A stretch of 32,000 nt of DNA from Wigglesworthia glossinidia endosymbiont of Glossina morsitans morsitans (Yale colony). GTDB taxonomy: Bacteria > Pseudomonadota > Gammaproteobacteria > Enterobacterales > Enterobacteriaceae. The notes beneath the pieces were generated by a model. It made no database searches. It was not told where the DNA came from and saw only the letters and a list, made by a program, of their open reading frames with translations. The stretch lies in assembly GCF_000247565.1 (NCBI RefSeq), contig NC_016893.1:300001-332000 (forward strand). Reading direction: 5' to 3'. The position numbers and the translations under genes were made by a program. Shown one piece after another: positions 27,763 to 32,000 of the stretch. Each line of letters opens with the position of its first letter. Position 1 is the first letter of the stretch.

Positions 27763-28707
27763 ATGTTGCACATTCTTAATAATTTAGCACTTGTTCAAGT
27801 TACCGGGAAAGATGCATTAAAATTTTTAAATAATCAATTTACATGTAATATTTTAAATTTAAAATATAATATGTTTAAAATCACATCACATTGTAACGTA
27901 AAAGGAAAGGTAATTAGTGTAATGTATGTTTTTTATTATCAAAATAAAATAGCATATATTCAAAATCGCAGTGTAAATCAGTTTCAAATTCAAAAATTAG
28001 AGCAATATTCTATTTTTTATGATGTAAAAATAATAGAACAAACTTCAGTAATTTTAATAGAATTATCTAATTTGAAAGCTCAATCTGTTTTGAAATCTAT
28101 ATTTCAAGTGATTCCAGATATATTTAATACTGTTGTACATCACGAATATTGTACGTTAATTTATTTAAATTATGATAAACCACGATATTTATTAATTATT
28201 GATATAAATAAAAAAAGTGATCTTATTTACAGTTTAAAAAAAAGTTTTTTTGCTACAGATTATCAAAAATGGTTAGCATGGAATATAAAATCAAAATTTC
28301 CAATTATCGAACGAAAAACGAGTGAACTTTTCTTTCCACAAGAAATTAATATGATTTCTTTAAAAGGAGTTGATTTCACTAAAGGATGTTACTTAGGTCA
28401 AGAAATAATATCACGTATTCACTATTTAAAAATAAAAAACAAATTTTTGGCTATCATGTATGGCAATTTTTCAAAAAATCCGAGTATAGGGGATATTATA
28501 GAATATAATGTAAATAAATCTTGGTTGCGAGCTGGAATAATTTTATCTGCTTATCGTATAAATATATTTTATTTTTTAATACAAGCGGTACTTGTAGAAA
28601 AAGTACATAAATCTGATAGAAAAAGATTTCGTTTACAAAAAAATCATAATAATTATTTGTTTTTTAAATCTTTTGCTGAAAAAAATTTATCTAAATCTTT
28701 TAGATAA
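27763..28707 (+). CDS. ygfZ: Folate-binding Fe-S cluster repair / tRNA-modification protein YgfZ
   Basis: 314 aa. Has the signature KGCYLGQE (E. coli KGCYTGQE), plus QKWLAWNIKSKFPII (E. coli QQWLALNIEAGFPVI). Divergent from sdhE. The last 7 codons extend past the E. coli alignment into a palindrome. Confidence 0.88.
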   Translation: MLHILNNLALVQVTGKDALKFLNNQFTCNILNLKYNMFKITSHCNVKGKVISVMYVFYYQNKIAYIQNRSVNQFQIQKLEQYSIFYDVKIIEQTSVILIELSNLKAQSVLKSIFQVIPDIFNTVVHHEYCTLIYLNYDKPRYLLIIDINKKSDLIYSLKKSFFATDYQKWLAWNIKSKFPIIERKTSELFFPQEINMISLKGVDFTKGCYLGQEIISRIHYLKIKNKFLAIMYGNFSKNPSIGDIIEYNVNKSWLRAGIILSAYRINIFYFLIQAVLVEKVHKSDRKRFRLQKNHNNYLFFKSFAEKNLSKSFR

Positions 28708-28713
28708 ATTTTT
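28681..28713. terminator. Perfect inverted repeat (15-bp arms, 3-nt loop) spanning the overlapping ygfZ and mtnN stop codons. Candidate bidirectional hairpin terminator.
   Basis: Read directly as AAAAATTTATCTAAA-tct-TTTAGATAAATTTTT, with an A-run on the left flank and a T-run in the right arm. Function as a terminator is an inference. The stem has only two G:C pairs. Confidence 0.5.
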
Positions 28714-29430
28714 GTACTGAAGATAGTAAGCATCTATTTCTTTTATTATTTTTAAAATAACAAAAGAATACTGATAAACTGAAAAAGAACAAAATTTTTT
28801 AAAATTTTTTTCCGCATGATTAAATACGTAATCTGAAATTGATCTTATTGATATATAAGGAATTAAAAATTTTTGACATACTTGAGCTATTGCAGCTGTT
28901 TCCATATCTACAGCGCAAGCTTCAGGAAAAAATTTTTTTATTTTTACTGCATGCAGTATATTTTTATTATAAATAAATGTGTCTCCACTGACAATTAATC
29001 CTGATTTAAATTGTAACTTATTAAAAATAAGAATTTTTTTTATTAATTTTATAAATAATTTCGAAGCATAATAATATTGAGGCGCTCTAGGAATCTGACC
29101 GGTATTATATCCAAATGCACTTACATCTACATCGTGATAACAAAATTTTTTCGATAGTATCAAACTACCAATATTAATATCTTTTTTTAATGATCCAGAG
29201 ATACCTACATTAATTATTAAATGTGGATTAAAAGACTGAATAATATGCATAGTGCTAATTGCAGATAAAACTTTGCCGATACCTGATTCTACTATGAGAA
29301 TATTTGCATTATATGCAGTACCAAAATATGAAGTAAATATACTTTGCTTATTTTTTTTATTTATTGAACACATTTTACGAATAGTATATAGTTCTTTTTG
29401 CATAGCACCAATAATTCCTATTCTTATCAT
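28687..29430 (-). CDS. mtnN: 5'-methylthioadenosine / S-adenosylhomocysteine nucleosidase
   Basis: 247 aa. MIRIGIIGAMQKEL, ESGIGKV, HDVDVSAFGY, GLIVSGDTFI, VDMETAAIAQVC and SIRSISD are collinear with E. coli MtnN/Pfs. Its 3' end overlaps the ygfZ 3' end by 21 nt. Confidence 0.92.
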   Translation of the reverse strand: MIRIGIIGAMQKELYTIRKMCSINKKNKQSIFTSYFGTAYNANILIVESGIGKVLSAISTMHIIQSFNPHLIINVGISGSLKKDINIGSLILSKKFCYHDVDVSAFGYNTGQIPRAPQYYYASKLFIKLIKKILIFNKLQFKSGLIVSGDTFIYNKNILHAVKIKKFFPEACAVDMETAAIAQVCQKFLIPYISIRSISDYVFNHAEKNFKKFCSFSVYQYSFVILKIIKEIDAYYLQYKNLSKRFR

Positions 29431-29607
29431 AAGATAATTTTATACCGTGTATAATTTTTTTTGTATGTTTATATTGTAAAAAGTTTTATTTAGAATTAAT
29501 AATATTGATGTACACAATTTAATTTATTAATCAATTTACTATTTATTTTTTAAATTATTTTAATACAATTGATATATGTACAAATTTTATTAATTGATAT
29601 ATTTCTA

Positions 29608-29695
29608 CGGTGAGAGAGGGATTCGAACCCTCGATACGCACAATGCGTATACATGCTTTCCAGGCCTGCTCCTTAAACCACTCGGACATCTCACC
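29608..29695 (-). tRNA. serW: tRNA-Ser (anticodon GGA), class II tRNA with a long variable arm; CCA not encoded
   Basis: The reverse complement is GGTGAGATGTCCGAGTGGTTTAAGGAGCAGGCCTGGAAAGCATGTATACGCATTGTGCGTATCGAGGGTTCGAATCCCTCTCTCACCG. It is nearly identical in architecture to E. coli tRNA-Ser(GGA). The acceptor stem is GGTGAGA/TCTCACC and the T-arm is GAGGG-TTCGAAT-CCCTC. The variable arm has a 7-bp stem, ATACGCA/TGCGTAT, and the anticodon loop is CTGGAAA. The anticodon stem has one G.A mismatch at 29:41. Confidence 0.93.
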
Positions 29696-29933
29696 TAAAT
29701 GAGAAGACTTTATAATAATTTCACGAACATATAATTATAAATTTAACTTTTTAAAAAAAATAATCTATATTTTATTTAAATGATATAAAAATTATTTTTA
29801 CTTATCATTTTAAATTTTTAATAAAAATTAAATTTATAGCATTATTGTTTTAATTTAAAAAATTGCTAATATTTGTATATTGTATTTTTTAACATAAATT
29901 ATCAAAAAATATATACAATTTTAAATACAAAAT

Positions 29934-31703
29934 ATGTCAAACAAATATAAAAATATAAAAAATAGAATATTTTATCTTCGTAAAAAACTTAACTTGTGGT
30001 CAGATTATTATTATAATAAAAATCAATCTTTAGTTGAAGATTCAGTATACGACTTTAATTTATTAAAACTAAGTAAATTAGAACATAAATACCCGTTTTT
30101 ACGTTCTCAAGATTCACCTACACAAGCAATAGGACAAGATTGTAATGTAAAACTTTTACAGATACAACATAAATCTTTAATGCTATCTTTAGATAGCATT
30201 TCTAACAACACAGAATTATTCAAATTCAATAAAAAAATACAAAAAATTCTCAATACCGGAGAAGAAATCACATATTGTTGCGAATTAAAAATTGACGGAT
30301 TAGCTATAAATTTAACATATGAATACGGAATACTCGTTCGAGCCTCTACTCGAGGAAATGGAGTTTTTGGCGAAGATGTAACAAAAAATGCCTTAATGAT
30401 GCAAACAATACCGTATAATTTAAAAACAAATGATACTGCTTGTAAATATATAGAAATAAGAGGAGAAGTTTTTATTAATAAATCCAAATTTTTCAAACTT
30501 AATGAAGTAGCTAAGTTAAATAATAAAAAATTATTTTCTAATCCGCGTAACGCTGCTTCGGGTTCTTTAAGACAAATTAATCCAAAGATTACAGAAAACA
30601 GATATTTAATGTTTTATGCTTATGGAATTGGCTACTCAGATGGATATAAATTACCGGATAGTCAGTATAAAAGATTAAAAATTTTGAAATTATGGAACAT
30701 ACCAACTAATCATTATACAAAGATTTGCGTAGGACTACATCAAATTGTTAATTATTACAATACAATTAAAAAAATTCGAAAAACTTTAGATTTTGAAATA
30801 GATGGCATTGTAATAAAAGTAGACTCTATATTACATCAAAATAAAATAGGATGTGTTGCTAAAGCACCAAAATGGGCTATCGCTTATAAGTTTCCAGCAT
30901 TAGAAAAAATTACAAAAATCATAAGTGTAGATTTTACTATCGGTCGTACAGGAATTGTAACACCTATAGCTCAAATTAAACCTGTATGTTTTTTAGGTAC
31001 AATTGTAAAATTTGTTTCTTTATATAATTTTAATGAAATAAATAGATTAAATGTTATGATTAATGATACCGTAATTGTAAAACATGTAGGAGAAGTCATT
31101 CCCAAAATTTCTAAAGTAATATTTTCGAAGCGTACAAAAAATGCAAAAAAAATTATTTTTCCTAAAAAATGTAAAATCTGCGATTCAGATATTATAAGTA
31201 TTGTAGGCAAAAAAAAATGGTACTGCAGTGGAGGTATCACATGTCATGCACAAAAAAAAGCAGCTTTAATACATTTTGCTTCTCGTAATGCTTTAAATAT
31301 TCGAGGCATGGGAAAAAAAATAATTTCTAAGCTAGTAGATAAAAAAATTTTAATTACTCCGGCAGATTTTTTTCGATTAGATCTCAAAAAAATTACACGT
31401 ATTAATAAAATTCAATTGAAATCCGGAAAAAATTTAATCAATTCTATTAAAAATTCTAAAGAAGTAAAATTACATCGTCTTATATACGGCTTAGGTATTC
31501 CCCAAGTCGGATTAACAACGTCTATAAATCTTGAGAATTACTATAAAACATATTACAATTTTATAAATTCTGATTTTCATTCATTATTAAAAATAAAAGA
31601 TATAGGTCAATCTACAGCTGTATGTATTAGAAAATTTTTAGAAAATAAAAATAACATAAGTTTTATACAAGATTTATTGCAACTAAACTTAAAAATAAAA
31701 TAA
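29934..31703 (+). CDS. ligA: NAD-dependent DNA ligase LigA, lacking the C-terminal BRCT domain
   Basis: 589 aa. Has the adenylation motif CELKIDGLA, plus TRGNG..GEDVT, EIRGEVF, NPRNAASGSLRQ, FEIDGIVIKV and APKWAIAYKFPA. The Cys4 zinc finger is CKICDS...YCSGGITC, followed by HhH repeats. The protein ends at ...IRKFLENKNNISFIQDLLQLNLKIK. This aligns with E. coli ...[24 protein letters not shown], immediately before the BRCT domain. Confidence 0.93.
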   Translation: MSNKYKNIKNRIFYLRKKLNLWSDYYYNKNQSLVEDSVYDFNLLKLSKLEHKYPFLRSQDSPTQAIGQDCNVKLLQIQHKSLMLSLDSISNNTELFKFNKKIQKILNTGEEITYCCELKIDGLAINLTYEYGILVRASTRGNGVFGEDVTKNALMMQTIPYNLKTNDTACKYIEIRGEVFINKSKFFKLNEVAKLNNKKLFSNPRNAASGSLRQINPKITENRYLMFYAYGIGYSDGYKLPDSQYKRLKILKLWNIPTNHYTKICVGLHQIVNYYNTIKKIRKTLDFEIDGIVIKVDSILHQNKIGCVAKAPKWAIAYKFPALEKITKIISVDFTIGRTGIVTPIAQIKPVCFLGTIVKFVSLYNFNEINRLNVMINDTVIVKHVGEVIPKISKVIFSKRTKNAKKIIFPKKCKICDSDIISIVGKKKWYCSGGITCHAQKKAALIHFASRNALNIRGMGKKIISKLVDKKILITPADFFRLDLKKITRINKIQLKSGKNLINSIKNSKEVKLHRLIYGLGIPQVGLTTSINLENYYKTYYNFINSDFHSLLKIKDIGQSTAVCIRKFLENKNNISFIQDLLQLNLKIK

Positions 31704-32000
31704 TTTACTTTCTTTTTCAAAGAATTAATCAACAACAACAATTATATGATATAAAATCTGAATAATAGAAAATAAAAAATTTTATATAAAATCTATTTTA
31801 CATTAAACAATTATCTTTTTAAGATAAAAATGAACAATATGCATATTAATTTATGATATGTACAGAATTTATTGAACTTCAAAAAAAATATAAGATTAAT
31901 TCTTGCAATATTTTTTATTTTTAAAATTAAAATAAATTAATGTCAAAATGTTTAACTAACTTAAAATCAATAAATACGAGATAAAAGGATGGACAATAAC

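Noticed and set aside
9619-31240. Other short track ORFs: 9619-9834(+), 11539-11745(+), 14022-14303(-), 16449-16631(-), 17169-17402(-), 17995-18285(+), 29252-29437(+), 30107-30496(-), 30971-31240(-)
   Set aside because: Each is fully nested antisense within a well-supported conserved gene (bioB, dolP, panB, lnt, lnt, gyrA, mtnN, ligA, ligA). None has a recognisable motif. I treat them all as shadow ORFs.
31704-31988. Search for a decayed BRCT-coding remnant or a small RNA downstream of ligA
   Set aside because: All three forward frames are full of stops, and I saw no similarity to the E. coli LigA BRCT sequence. I also found no conserved RNA motif and no convincing terminator, only a weak 6-bp hairpin (ttcttt-ttc-aaagaa) right after the stop.
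31989-32000. Possible start of the next gene (ATGGACAATAAC preceded by AAAAGGA)
   Set aside because: Only four codons are visible, so the product cannot be identified and a real CDS cannot be confirmed. I have not reported it as a feature.
1-32000. Screen for CRISPR arrays, IS or transposase genes, integrases, phage genes, toxin-antitoxin or defence operons, and large orphan ORFs (the suggested novel system)
   Set aside because: Every ORF of 90 aa or more is accounted for by a conserved housekeeping or biosynthetic orthologue. Intergenic regions are short (mostly under 200 bp), AT-rich and free of structured repeats. Nothing supports an accessory or novel multi-gene system in this window.

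Overview
This window is a very AT-rich stretch (about four-fifths A+T by eye, not computed) of a reduced gammaproteobacterial insect-endosymbiont chromosome, derived from Enterobacterales. It is gene-dense. I count 27 protein-coding genes, one of them cut by the window edge, plus RNase P RNA (rnpB) and one tRNA-Ser(GGA). Almost every protein aligns along its full length with a well-known E. coli orthologue.

Genes sit in E. coli-like microsynteny blocks: valS-pepA|lptFG; bioA|bioBFCD; dolP|rsmI-rnpB; panBC; ybeY-lnt; gyrA|ubiG; asd|yhgN; recJ-prfB-lysS; sdhE|ygfZ. Individual genes have been deleted from between the retained neighbours.

The content is housekeeping, B-vitamin/cofactor biosynthesis (a complete biotin operon, panBC, ubiG) and envelope biogenesis (lptF, lptG, lnt, dolP). 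That combination at this base composition is most consistent with a Wigglesworthia-like symbiont rather than Buchnera. This is an inference; no search was run.

I found no mobile elements, CRISPR arrays, defence or toxin systems, or unexplained large ORFs, and I do not think the window holds a novel multi-gene system. The observations worth a second look are:

- recJ and ybeY are each split by a single frameshift lying exactly inside a long poly(A) tract (A12 and A9).
- A perfect palindrome with 15-bp arms is embedded in the 21-bp overlap of the convergent ygfZ and mtnN genes and gives both proteins near-identical C-terminal tails.
- prfB keeps its programmed +1 frameshift site, but the upstream Shine-Dalgarno-like stimulator is degraded.
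- ligA ends exactly where the BRCT domain would begin.
- Nearly all convergent gene pairs have almost no spacer.
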